Below are positions 30,182 to 39,098 of a DNA stretch of 64,000 nucleotides, one piece after another. The notes below the pieces were generated by a model that saw nothing but the letters and a program-made list of their open reading frames with translations, was not told where the DNA came from and did not search any database. Position numbers and translations under genes: made by a program. This DNA comes from Bacteroidia bacterium (lineage in GTDB: Bacteria; Bacteroidota; Bacteroidia; B-17B0; Aurantibacillaceae), in assembly GCA_044360115.1 (NCBI GenBank), contig JBIKKW010000001.1, positions 6,123 through 70,122 on the forward strand, read 5' to 3'. Numbering within the stretch: position 1 is the first letter of the stretch; every line of letters begins with the position of its first letter.

Positions 30182-31573
30182 TTAAAACGTGAACATTTCT
30201 GCCACATGCCCGGGTGCTAAACCTATAGCAAGGGTTATGATAGCTGTAATGGCAATAACCATGGTGTTGATCATTTCCATTTTTACCGGCTCATGATTTT
30301 CAGCCTTTTTAAAGTACATCGCAATGATCACTTTAAAGTAATAATAAACACCAACTGCAGAAGTTAATACTGCTAATATCAATAACCATTTGTAGCTAGT
30401 GGTCATCATAGCGGTAAATACAAAATACTTTGCAAAGAAACCTGCTGTGATAGGAATACCTGCTAACGAAAGCATAGCAACGGTCATACAAACAGCTAAT
30501 AACGGATTGCGTTTTCCTAAACCATTGAACTCATCAAACGACTCATTACCATATTTGGTAACGCTGTTAAGCACGCCAAACGCAGTGATGCTGCCAATTG
30601 AATACGCTAATGAATAATACAGGATGGCGTTAACCGACATGTTACTGCGAACGTTCGCTAAAATTACCATCAACATAAACGCAGCATGACTGATACTTGA
30701 ATATGCTAAAACACGTTTTACATTGGTTTGTACGGCCGCCGTAATGTTGGCAATAACAAGAGATGCAGCAACTACCACAACTAAAATATTTGACCAGGTT
30801 TCGCTTACACCAGCAAAGCTTACCATGAACAAGCGCATGAATGCAGCAAATGCAGCAGTTTTTACAACGGTACTCATTAAGGCTGTGATAATAGTTGGTG
30901 AACCTTGATACACATCCGGAGCCCAGAAATGGAAAGGAGCCGCCGACACTTTAAAGCACATGGCAATTAACATCATTACAACACCCGCATAAAAGAACGA
31001 AGGTAAATTTGCTTGGTTAGTTGTGATATAGGTGCGGATCTCATTCAAGTCGAAAGAACCTGTAGCGCCATAGATCAAAGCAATACCAAATAATAAAAAG
31101 GCACTTGCAAATGATCCCATGATCAAATACTTAAAGCCGGCCTCATTACTTAATACATTATTCTTTTTACTGGCTGCTAAAACATATAATGGAATACTCA
31201 TGATCTCAACACCCATAAATAAGGTTGTCATGTTCTTAAACGCTGTAAGCATTAAGGCGCCTGTAATAGCGAACAACACCAAGGCGTAATGATCAACCAT
31301 GTGATTATCGTTCTCGTAATTACTATTAGCTAATAAAAACCAAAAGAAAGATGTGATCAATATCACGCCCGAAAATGCTAAAGCCACATTATCAAAAGCG
31401 ATCATGTTATCAAAATAAGAAATGCTGTATGGTTGTTTCCATTCCATGAAATTTAACGCATACGCAGCTAAAATACCAAGCACCGTTAAAGGCATCAATA
31501 GTTTTTTAAACTTAAATACCTCAGCCAACATGGCTAAAATCCCTAGGGCGCTGATAACTAAAAATCCTTTCAT
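30182..31573 (-). CDS. nuoN: NADH-quinone oxidoreductase subunit N
   Basis: EAGFKY, FKVSAAPFHFWAPDVYQG; operon order. Confidence 0.96.
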   Translation of the reverse strand: MKGFLVISALGILAMLAEVFKFKKLLMPLTVLGILAAYALNFMEWKQPYSISYFDNMIAFDNVALAFSGVILITSFFWFLLANSNYENDNHMVDHYALVLFAITGALMLTAFKNMTTLFMGVEIMSIPLYVLAASKKNNVLSNEAGFKYLIMGSFASAFLLFGIALIYGATGSFDLNEIRTYITTNQANLPSFFYAGVVMMLIAMCFKVSAAPFHFWAPDVYQGSPTIITALMSTVVKTAAFAAFMRLFMVSFAGVSETWSNILVVVVAASLVIANITAAVQTNVKRVLAYSSISHAAFMLMVILANVRSNMSVNAILYYSLAYSIGSITAFGVLNSVTKYGNESFDEFNGLGKRNPLLAVCMTVAMLSLAGIPITAGFFAKYFVFTAMMTTSYKWLLILAVLTSAVGVYYYFKVIIAMYFKKAENHEPVKMEMINTMVIAITAIITLAIGLAPGHVAEMFTF

Positions 31574-31592
31574 AATTCGTGTTCTTCTCTAA

Positions 31593-33056
31593 TTACTTAA
31601 TGTTCTCTAATAATGTTTTTACTGCAGGTTCAGCAATATCTGTTAATGCTTTTGGATATACACCAAAACCAATGATGGCTGCGCAAATAATAATTAAAAT
31701 GGCTTTATCTGTTCCATCTAGTGGTCCAAATGCAATGTGACTGTCTTTACGCTCACCCAACATAATACCTTGATAGCTTCTCAACATATACACCGCACCT
31801 AATATCACCGATAAACCTGCAAATGCAGCTGCACCAGCGCTAAATTGGTAAACACCATTGATCAATAAAAATTCGCCCGGAAAACCATTAGTTAATGGCA
31901 AAGCAACAGCGCCCAACATCACAATTAGGAACAACACCGCAAAATTTCCATTCATGCTTCTGATACCGCCTAATTTTTCAATTTCACGTGTACCAGTGTG
32001 ACGTAATAAGATATCTGCAATTAAGAACAAACCAACAGCGTTAACACCATGCGCTAACATTTGTAAAACTGCACCTTGTAAACCTTGAGCTGTTGCGCTT
32101 AAAATACCTGCGGCAATTAAACCAACGTGAGCAAATGATGAATAAGCGATCAAACGTTTGTAATCTTTTTGTACGATGGCAATGCATGAACCATATATGA
32201 CACCTGCAATGGATAAACCAATTGCTAAATCTCCCCACTTCTCAATTCCTAAAGGCACAACAGGTAATAACCATTTCATTAATCCGAAGGTTCCCATTTT
32301 TGCCATGATACCCGATAACAACATGGTGCCTTGAGTTGGTGCAGTAACATAAGTATCAGGTTGCCAAGTGTGGAAAGGGAAAACAGGCATTTTAATTGCG
32401 AAGGCAATGAATATCAACCAGAATACAGCACTTTGTTGTGCTTCACCTAAACTATGTCCGGCATTTATCAGATCTTGAATAGACCATGATTTAAGCCCAT
32501 CAGTAGTAAGTGTATGGTTGTATAAATAAACCAAACCAACTAACATGAATAACGAACCGAATAAAGTGTACACAAAGAATTTGAAAGTGATCTTCGCTCT
32601 GTTATCTCCGCCCCAAACCAAACAAATAAAATAGATTGGTATCAATGCTAATTCCCAGAACACATAGAACAAGAAACCATCGTTGGCCATGAAAACACCA
32701 ACCAGCGCCATTTCCATTAATAAGATCAAACCGTAAAAACTATTCTCGCGCTCATACTCATTCTTAAATGATGATAAGATGATCAACGGAACTAAAAAGG
32801 TAGTTAACAAGATCAACAACATGGCAATTCCATCAATACCCACCGAGAAATGAATGCCCAATGCTTTTACCCACGAGCAATTCAATAGTAACTGTTGCGA
32901 ATCGGGATTATGTTTGAATTGAAATAATGCAACCAACGATAAGGCAAATTGTACTACCGATAAGCCTAATGCCAAGTTGCGCGCGCCCTTACCTTTAACC
33001 ATGAAAACCAATAAGGCTGCCAGTAAAGGGAAAACTATTAATGAACCTGCTAACAT
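31593..33056 (-). CDS. nuoM: NADH-quinone oxidoreductase subunit M
   Basis: FWELALIP, IKMPVFPFHTW, AYSSFAHVG. Confidence 0.96.
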   Translation of the reverse strand: MLAGSLIVFPLLAALLVFMVKGKGARNLALGLSVVQFALSLVALFQFKHNPDSQQLLLNCSWVKALGIHFSVGIDGIAMLLILLTTFLVPLIILSSFKNEYERENSFYGLILLMEMALVGVFMANDGFLFYVFWELALIPIYFICLVWGGDNRAKITFKFFVYTLFGSLFMLVGLVYLYNHTLTTDGLKSWSIQDLINAGHSLGEAQQSAVFWLIFIAFAIKMPVFPFHTWQPDTYVTAPTQGTMLLSGIMAKMGTFGLMKWLLPVVPLGIEKWGDLAIGLSIAGVIYGSCIAIVQKDYKRLIAYSSFAHVGLIAAGILSATAQGLQGAVLQMLAHGVNAVGLFLIADILLRHTGTREIEKLGGIRSMNGNFAVLFLIVMLGAVALPLTNGFPGEFLLINGVYQFSAGAAAFAGLSVILGAVYMLRSYQGIMLGERKDSHIAFGPLDGTDKAILIIICAAIIGFGVYPKALTDIAEPAVKTLLENIK

Positions 33057-33073
33057 AAATCTTCTTTAATTAA

Positions 33074-34960
33074 TTATAATAAAAACGTAAACAATAAAAT
33101 AAATACAATGCTCAACATCATGGTGATCATATAAAAGCTGATGTTACCTTGTTGCAACAATCTTACAACACTACCTAATCCTTTTACTGTGCTGCCAACT
33201 CCTTCAACCATACCATCAATGATCTGCTTATCTACAAACTTATAGAACACGCCAGAGATAGCATCTAGCGGCTTTCTTACAGCTGCATCATAGATCTCAT
33301 CTACATAATATTTATTATAAATGGTTTTTTGCAATGCCGGCATTTTATCGCCTTCACTTAATGGAATGATGTTACGCTGACGGTAGATCACATAAGCTAC
33401 ATAGATCATTGCAAAAGCTGCAACAACAGCAATACCCATTAACATCCATTCTGTTTCGTGATTCAATGTGCTTGGGTCTTTTCTTAAGATCAATGGTGAT
33501 AAATGTTCGCCAACAAAATTTGGCATGTGCCAAAATTCAGGTAAACCTAACAATCCACCGCCTACTGATAAAATTGCCAATACGATCAAAGGAATGGTCA
33601 TAGCAGCAGGTGATTCATGTAAATGATGGTGTTGCTCTTTTGTGCCTCTGAAACTTCCCCAGAATGTTAAGAACATTAAACGGAACATATAGAAAGCAGT
33701 TAACATAGAGGTTAACATGCCAAAGAACCATAATACAGGACTGTGCTCATACACATGCGCCAAGATCTCATCTTTTGAGAAGAAACCCGATAAGCCCGGA
33801 ACGCCACTGATAGCTAATGTTCCAAGGAACATGGTCAAAAATGTTCTTGGTAAAGCGCCTTTTAATCCACCCATTTTGCGGATATCTTGTTCGCCACCCA
33901 TTGCGTGAATTACTGAACCGGCACCTAAGAATAATAAAGCTTTAAAGAACGCGTGTGTTGTTACGTGAAATACGGCGCTGCTATAAGCACCAACACCTAA
34001 ACCCAAGAACATTAAACCTAATTGCGATACGGTAGAATATGCCAATATCTTTTTAATATCGTTTTGGAACAAGCCTATGGTAGCGGCAAACAAGGCTGTT
34101 GCCACACCAACAATTGCAACTACTTCAGATGCAACCTCGCTTATTGAATAGAACACGTTTGAACGAACGATCATGTAAATACCCGCAGTTACCATGGTTG
34201 CCGCGTGAATTAACGCCGATACAGGAGTTGGACCCGCCATCGCATCCGGCAACCAAGTGTATAAAGGAATTTGTGCCGATTTACCCATGGCACCAATAAA
34301 TAACAACAGTGCAATTGCAGTGATGGTTCCTTGAGATGCTGTACCTGCTTTTGCAAACACATCGCTATAACTGATACTTCCAAAGGTTACAAAAATTAAA
34401 ATAATGCCTAATAAAAATCCTAGGTCACCAATACGATTCATCACAAAAGCCTTACGTGCCGCGTTGTTGTAATCTGTATTCTTGAACCAAAAACCGATCA
34501 ATAAATAAGAGCACAAACCTACACCTTCCCAACCTACGAACATGATCAAGAAGTTGTTTCCTAAAACCAATAATAACATAAAGAACACGAACAAATTCAA
34601 ATAAGTGAAGAAGCGTGAGAAGCCTTCATCGTCGTGCATATAAGAAGTTGAATACACGTGGATCAAGAAACCAATTCCGGTGATGATCAATAAGAACCAG
34701 GTTGATAATGGATCAACCACAAACTCGAACGGAATAGATAATGCGCCTGCATTGATCCATGAAAATAAATTCACAGTTTGCGAATGCTCCGGCAAATGAC
34801 GCGCTTCTAAAAACACTAATAACGACACTGCGAACGAAGCTAAAATAGCGCCCGATGCAATAATTCCGGATAAAGATTTGCTCATCTTTTTTCCGAAAAA
34901 GCCGTTGATTAAAAACCCTATCAAAGGGAATAATGGAACTAAACCTACTAACTTGATCAT
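33074..34960 (-). CDS. nuoL: NADH-quinone oxidoreductase subunit L
   Basis: GKSAQIPLYTWLPDAMAGPTPVSALIHAATMV. Confidence 0.97.
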   Translation of the reverse strand: MIKLVGLVPLFPLIGFLINGFFGKKMSKSLSGIIASGAILASFAVSLLVFLEARHLPEHSQTVNLFSWINAGALSIPFEFVVDPLSTWFLLIITGIGFLIHVYSTSYMHDDEGFSRFFTYLNLFVFFMLLLVLGNNFLIMFVGWEGVGLCSYLLIGFWFKNTDYNNAARKAFVMNRIGDLGFLLGIILIFVTFGSISYSDVFAKAGTASQGTITAIALLLFIGAMGKSAQIPLYTWLPDAMAGPTPVSALIHAATMVTAGIYMIVRSNVFYSISEVASEVVAIVGVATALFAATIGLFQNDIKKILAYSTVSQLGLMFLGLGVGAYSSAVFHVTTHAFFKALLFLGAGSVIHAMGGEQDIRKMGGLKGALPRTFLTMFLGTLAISGVPGLSGFFSKDEILAHVYEHSPVLWFFGMLTSMLTAFYMFRLMFLTFWGSFRGTKEQHHHLHESPAAMTIPLIVLAILSVGGGLLGLPEFWHMPNFVGEHLSPLILRKDPSTLNHETEWMLMGIAVVAAFAMIYVAYVIYRQRNIIPLSEGDKMPALQKTIYNKYYVDEIYDAAVRKPLDAISGVFYKFVDKQIIDGMVEGVGSTVKGLGSVVRLLQQGNISFYMITMMLSIVFILLFTFLL

Positions 34961-34961
34961 A

Positions 34962-35273
34962 CTAATTCTTTAAATTGCTTAATAAATCGGTGTCAATGCT
35001 CTTCACATTTCTGTAAATCATACTTAATATGGCCAAACCAACCGCTACTTCCGCGGCCGCCACTGCCATAATAAAGAACACAAATACTTGTCCTTTTGCA
35101 TCGTTATGCAAAGTGCTGAACGATACTAATAATAGATTAACCGCGTTCAACATCAATTCAATACACATGAAAATGATGATGGAGTTGCGACGAGCCATAA
35201 CGCCAATTGAACCTATTATAAAAAGGATCGCGCTAAGCAAAATGTAATAGTTTATTGAAATTCCGTTGATCAT
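34962..35273 (-). CDS. nuoK: NADH-quinone oxidoreductase subunit K
   Basis: [22 protein letters not shown]. Confidence 0.97.
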   Translation of the reverse strand: MINGISINYYILLSAILFIIGSIGVMARRNSIIIFMCIELMLNAVNLLLVSFSTLHNDAKGQVFVFFIMAVAAAEVAVGLAILSMIYRNVKSIDTDLLSNLKN

Positions 35274-35294
35274 CTTTTATTTACAATTTTATTT

Positions 35295-35694
35295 ATTTAC
35301 AATTGACAATTTTTGTTTCTCATTTATTATTTCTTTTAGCTGTTATTGCAGAGGCAGCGAATATTCTTTCTAACTCTCTAGACTCTTTTAATAACAACTC
35401 AAATTTTGCGTCTTCAATTTTATTGTATTCTTTTATTAGTTCAAGCCAATAAACAGATTCATCCGACTCCTCTTCAACAATTTTTAATTTATTGATAAAA
35501 TCCGCACTTGATTTCGCTTTACATGCCGCTCTGTAATTAGCTCCCACAGAAGTTGCAGACCTCATCACTTGCCTTCCCATTATTTCATTTGCCGATGATT
35601 TCTTTAATACATCAATTGTTTTTAATGTGTTGATGGCAAATTCAAATGTTCTCTTTTTTAATATTTCAGGTGTTAAAGTCATTCAATTGTAAAT
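35295..35694. repeat. Perfect 12-bp inverted arms (ATTTACAATTGA at 35295-35306, TCAATTGTAAAT at 35683-35694) within 7-nt repeat arrays flanking the four-helix-bundle gene
   Basis: Read directly from sequence; further TTACAAT/TGACAAT-type units lie on both sides. Confidence 0.85.
35320..35682 (-). CDS. Four-helix-bundle protein (TIGR02436 / 23S rRNA IVS-protein / Avd-like)
   Basis: RQVMRSATSVGANYRAACKAKSSADFINKLKIVEEESDESVYWLEL signature. Confidence 0.93.
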   Translation of the reverse strand: MTLTPEILKKRTFEFAINTLKTIDVLKKSSANEIMGRQVMRSATSVGANYRAACKAKSSADFINKLKIVEEESDESVYWLELIKEYNKIEDAKFELLLKESRELERIFAASAITAKRNNK

Positions 35695-35724
35695 CGTCAA
35701 TTCTTCTTAATTTGTCAATCTGAG

Positions 35725-36237
35725 TTATTTCGTTTCTTTTTTACCAATTAAAATTGCTCCTACCAAGGCCGCTAACAATAATACTGAAGCGATCTCGAAT
35801 GGGAATAAAAAGTCTTTGAATAATACTTTACCCAAATTCTTAACTAAACCAATTTGCGGTGAACCATATACCGTTAACGATAATTGTTCTGAACCTTTTA
35901 ATGATCCTACCAATACAAATAACATTAAGCCACCGGCAACTGCTGCAATGATCTTGGTAAGCCATGTTTTTTGGGGCTCACTATCTTCATTTAAATTCAT
36001 TAACATGATAATGAAGAGGAAGAGAACCATGATAGCGCCTGCGTAAACAACTATGTGTACAATTGCCAAAAACTGCGCGTTCATTAATAAATAATGTCCG
36101 GCAATACAGAAAAAAGTTAACACCAAATACAATACGCTGTTTACCGGGTTACGGCTAAACACCACTAATAATCCAAACATGATCGCAAGGAAGGAAAGTA
36201 TCCCGAATAGCCATTGCGTTATTGTGTATCCTAACAT
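35725..36237 (-). CDS. nuoJ: NADH-quinone oxidoreductase subunit J
   Basis: VYAGAIMVLFLF, FPFEIASVLLLAALVGA. Confidence 0.96.
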   Translation of the reverse strand: MLGYTITQWLFGILSFLAIMFGLLVVFSRNPVNSVLYLVLTFFCIAGHYLLMNAQFLAIVHIVVYAGAIMVLFLFIIMLMNLNEDSEPQKTWLTKIIAAVAGGLMLFVLVGSLKGSEQLSLTVYGSPQIGLVKNLGKVLFKDFLFPFEIASVLLLAALVGAILIGKKETK

Positions 36238-36244
36238 ATTTTTT

Positions 36245-36303
36245 ATTTACGATTTAAATATTTACGATTTACAATTGTCGATTGTAAATTTAAAATTGTC
36301 AAT
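36245..36303. repeat. Head-to-head 7-nt repeat array (gene-less copy of the four-helix cassette arms)
   Basis: ATTTACGAT twice, then ATTTACAATTG+TCGATTGTAAAT (36267-36289), then ATTGTCAAT. Confidence 0.8.
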
Positions 36304-36307
36304 TATT

Positions 36308-36916
36308 TTAATGTTTCCCTTTGTTAATTGCTTTTCCATCATAAAGCGTGTTGTGCTTGGTTCCAGGTAACTTTTTAAACTCCGCTACCTCCAAGGTTTG
36401 ACGCTTGGTCACATCAATTCGCTTATCAATCTTTTCTACTAATTTATCTTTACCATATACAAAGGTTTCGCGCTCGTATTCTGCATCCACAATTCTATCC
36501 GTTAAAAAGATCGCCTCTTTCGGACAAGCCTCTTCACACAATCCACAGAAGATACAACGTAACATATTGATCTCATACTTCGAAGCATATTTCTCTTCTC
36601 TGTATAAATGCTCTTCTCCTTTTTTACGCTCCGCGTTCTCCATGGTAATGGCTTCAGCCGGACAAGCAACCGCGCACATACCACAAGCTGTGCAACGTTC
36701 TGCTCCGTTCTCATCACGCTTCAACACGTGCTGACCACGGTATACAGGTGCTATAGGGCGTTTTTGTTCAGGATATTTTGTTGTTGGTGTTTTCTTGAAC
36801 AAGTGACTAAAGGTGATCAACATCCCCTTTACAATTGCCGGCAAATAAAGGCGCTCCGTAAAGCTTTGCTCTTTATTTGAAACCATTTTACTTCTATTTG
36901 TTAGTTGTAATGCCAT
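36308..36916 (-). CDS. nuoI: NADH-quinone oxidoreductase subunit I
   Basis: Two CxxCxxCxxxCP motifs (CTACGMCAVACP, CIFCGLCEEACP). Confidence 0.97.
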   Translation of the reverse strand: MALQLTNRSKMVSNKEQSFTERLYLPAIVKGMLITFSHLFKKTPTTKYPEQKRPIAPVYRGQHVLKRDENGAERCTACGMCAVACPAEAITMENAERKKGEEHLYREEKYASKYEINMLRCIFCGLCEEACPKEAIFLTDRIVDAEYERETFVYGKDKLVEKIDKRIDVTKRQTLEVAEFKKLPGTKHNTLYDGKAINKGKH

Positions 36917-37028
36917 TTGTTTTTTATTAAATCACTGAAATAATTGCGATCAGTATAAGCGCCCAAACTTCAGTCGCTTCGCCGATCTTATTAATCATAC
37001 TTATTATTTTTATTCCTTTATTCATGTA

Positions 37029-38084
37029 TTAAAAATGAAGATTGCCTCTTACAAATTCAACTACTACTGTAATTGCTAAATTTAAAAGTGATAGAGGCAA
37101 TAAGGTCTTCCAACCTAAATTCATTAACTGATCATAACGGAAACGTGGTAAGGTCCAACGGATCCACATGAACACACAAATAAATATCACGATCTTGGTA
37201 AAGAATGCGCCAAAGCCAATTAATGTTATCCAAATTGATCCTGCTTCAAAACCTAATGCATGATATAATTCCTGTGCGAATGGGAAATTAAATCCGCCGA
37301 AATAAAATGCGCTCATAATTGCAGAAGAGATGAACATGTTGATGTACTCCGCGAATAAGAACAATCCTAATTTCATGGATGAATACTCTGTATGATAACC
37401 ACCTACTAATTCACTTTCCGCTTCAGGTAAGTCAAATGGTGCTCGATTGGTTTCCGCCAACGCACAAATAAAGAAGATCAAAAAGCCAAGTGGTTGCCAT
37501 ACTACATTTGCAACACCTGCATCTTGTTGTTGAACAATTTCTCTTAAACTTAAAGTACCACCAGATGTAATGATCAATGCAATTACCGAAATGCCCATCG
37601 CTATCTCGTAACTGATCATTTGTGAAGATGCACGCACTGCGCCTAACAAAGCAAACTTATTGTTTGATGCCCAGCCACCGATCATAATACCATATACACC
37701 TACTGATACAACACCAAACACATACAACACACCAATATTAATATCAGTGATCTGTGCCGAATAGGTTTTTCCATCTATTACAAAATCTTGTCCCCATGGA
37801 ATTACAGCACCTGTCATTAATGCTGTTAACATGAATAAACTCGGACCTAAAATGAAAAGGAAACGGTTAGATACAGTTGGGATGATCTCTTCTTTGAAGA
37901 ACATCTTTCCTCCATCGGCCAATGGTTGTAATAAACCAAAAGGTCCTGCTCTATCCGGACCTACACGATCTTGTAAGAACGCGGCAAACTTACGCTCCCA
38001 TAATGTGGCATACGCCGCAACTCCTAAAGAGATAGCGAAAACGATGGCACACAATAATAATTTATACAAAACAAATGCTATCAT
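37029..38084 (-). CDS. nuoH: NADH-quinone oxidoreductase subunit H
   Basis: QDRVGPDRAGPFGLLQPLADG, ETNRAPFDLPEAESELVGGYHTEYS. Confidence 0.97.
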   Translation of the reverse strand: MIAFVLYKLLLCAIVFAISLGVAAYATLWERKFAAFLQDRVGPDRAGPFGLLQPLADGGKMFFKEEIIPTVSNRFLFILGPSLFMLTALMTGAVIPWGQDFVIDGKTYSAQITDINIGVLYVFGVVSVGVYGIMIGGWASNNKFALLGAVRASSQMISYEIAMGISVIALIITSGGTLSLREIVQQQDAGVANVVWQPLGFLIFFICALAETNRAPFDLPEAESELVGGYHTEYSSMKLGLFLFAEYINMFISSAIMSAFYFGGFNFPFAQELYHALGFEAGSIWITLIGFGAFFTKIVIFICVFMWIRWTLPRFRYDQLMNLGWKTLLPLSLLNLAITVVVEFVRGNLHF

Positions 38085-38093
38085 ACTTTTACA

Positions 38094-39077
38094 TTAAGGG
38101 CGTTTATTAATTTCAATGAATCCAAGTGCTTTTTGTTGTTTTAAGATCTGAACTTTTAATTCGTTCAAATGCTCGTAATGGTTTTGTGAGATCACGCTCT
38201 GACGGCTAATGTGAGATGGACCTTCAATCACCCAATCGCTAGTTTTCTTATGATCATAACGGCAATCATTACAAATAAATTCTTCAACCTCATCCCATTG
38301 ATCTTTGCGAGCTGTTACACGCAATACTTCTTCACCTTTTAACCAAACGCGAGCTTTACCCGAACATTTGGTACAGTTGCGATATGCATCAACAGGCTTT
38401 GTGAACCATACACGTTGTTTGAAACGGAACGTTTTATCGGTTAATGCGCCAACCGGACAAACATCAATTACATTACCTGAAAAATCATTATCAATTGCTT
38501 TTTCAATATAGGTAGAGATCTCCGCAGCATCACCACGGTGGATCATGCCATGCACACGACCATCGGTAATTTGCTCTGCTGTTTTAACACAACGGTAGCA
38601 AAGGATACAACGGTTCATGTGTAATTTGATCTTATCACCAATATCGATCATCTCATACTCACGACGTTTGAATTCGTAACGCGTTTTTGCAGAGCCGTGC
38701 TCGTAACCAAGATCCTGTAATTTACATTCACCGGCCTGATCGCAAACAGGGCAATCTAAAGGATGGTTGATCAATAAAAATTCGACAACACCTTTACGTG
38801 CTTCTAAAATTTCGGGCGATGTGATGTTTTGTACCACCATACCATCCATTACCTCTGTACGGCAGCTTGCTACCGGCTTTGGCATTGGGTTTGGATTTGC
38901 AGTACTACCTTGTGTTACCTTAACAATACAGGTGCGGCAATAACCACCACTCGTTTTTAATTTAGAATAGTAGCACATGGTTGGAGGTGCTACTTCAGGT
39001 CCGATCATACGAGCCGCCTGAAGAATGGTTGTGCCCTTTGGCACATCGATCTCTATTCCGTCTATAGTTACTTTCAT
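38094..39077 (-). CDS. nuoG: NADH-quinone oxidoreductase subunit G, short form
   Basis: HPLDCPVCDQAGECKLQD, CILCYRC, DVCPVGAL; only 327 aa. Confidence 0.93.
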   Translation of the reverse strand: MKVTIDGIEIDVPKGTTILQAARMIGPEVAPPTMCYYSKLKTSGGYCRTCIVKVTQGSTANPNPMPKPVASCRTEVMDGMVVQNITSPEILEARKGVVEFLLINHPLDCPVCDQAGECKLQDLGYEHGSAKTRYEFKRREYEMIDIGDKIKLHMNRCILCYRCVKTAEQITDGRVHGMIHRGDAAEISTYIEKAIDNDFSGNVIDVCPVGALTDKTFRFKQRVWFTKPVDAYRNCTKCSGKARVWLKGEEVLRVTARKDQWDEVEEFICNDCRYDHKKTSDWVIEGPSHISRQSVISQNHYEHLNELKVQILKQQKALGFIEINKRP

Positions 39078-39098
39078 GCTTGTTAGCTTAAAATATGT

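Noticed and set aside
35274-36307. Heptamer arrays as CRISPR or DGR components
   Set aside because: No repeat-spacer structure, cas genes, reverse transcriptase or template/variable repeat pair in the window.
36917-37028. GC-richer patch in the nuoH-nuoI spacer (CTTCAGTCGCTTCGCCG)
   Set aside because: Faint resemblance to the REP at 41.3 kb but no complete stem; too degenerate to call.
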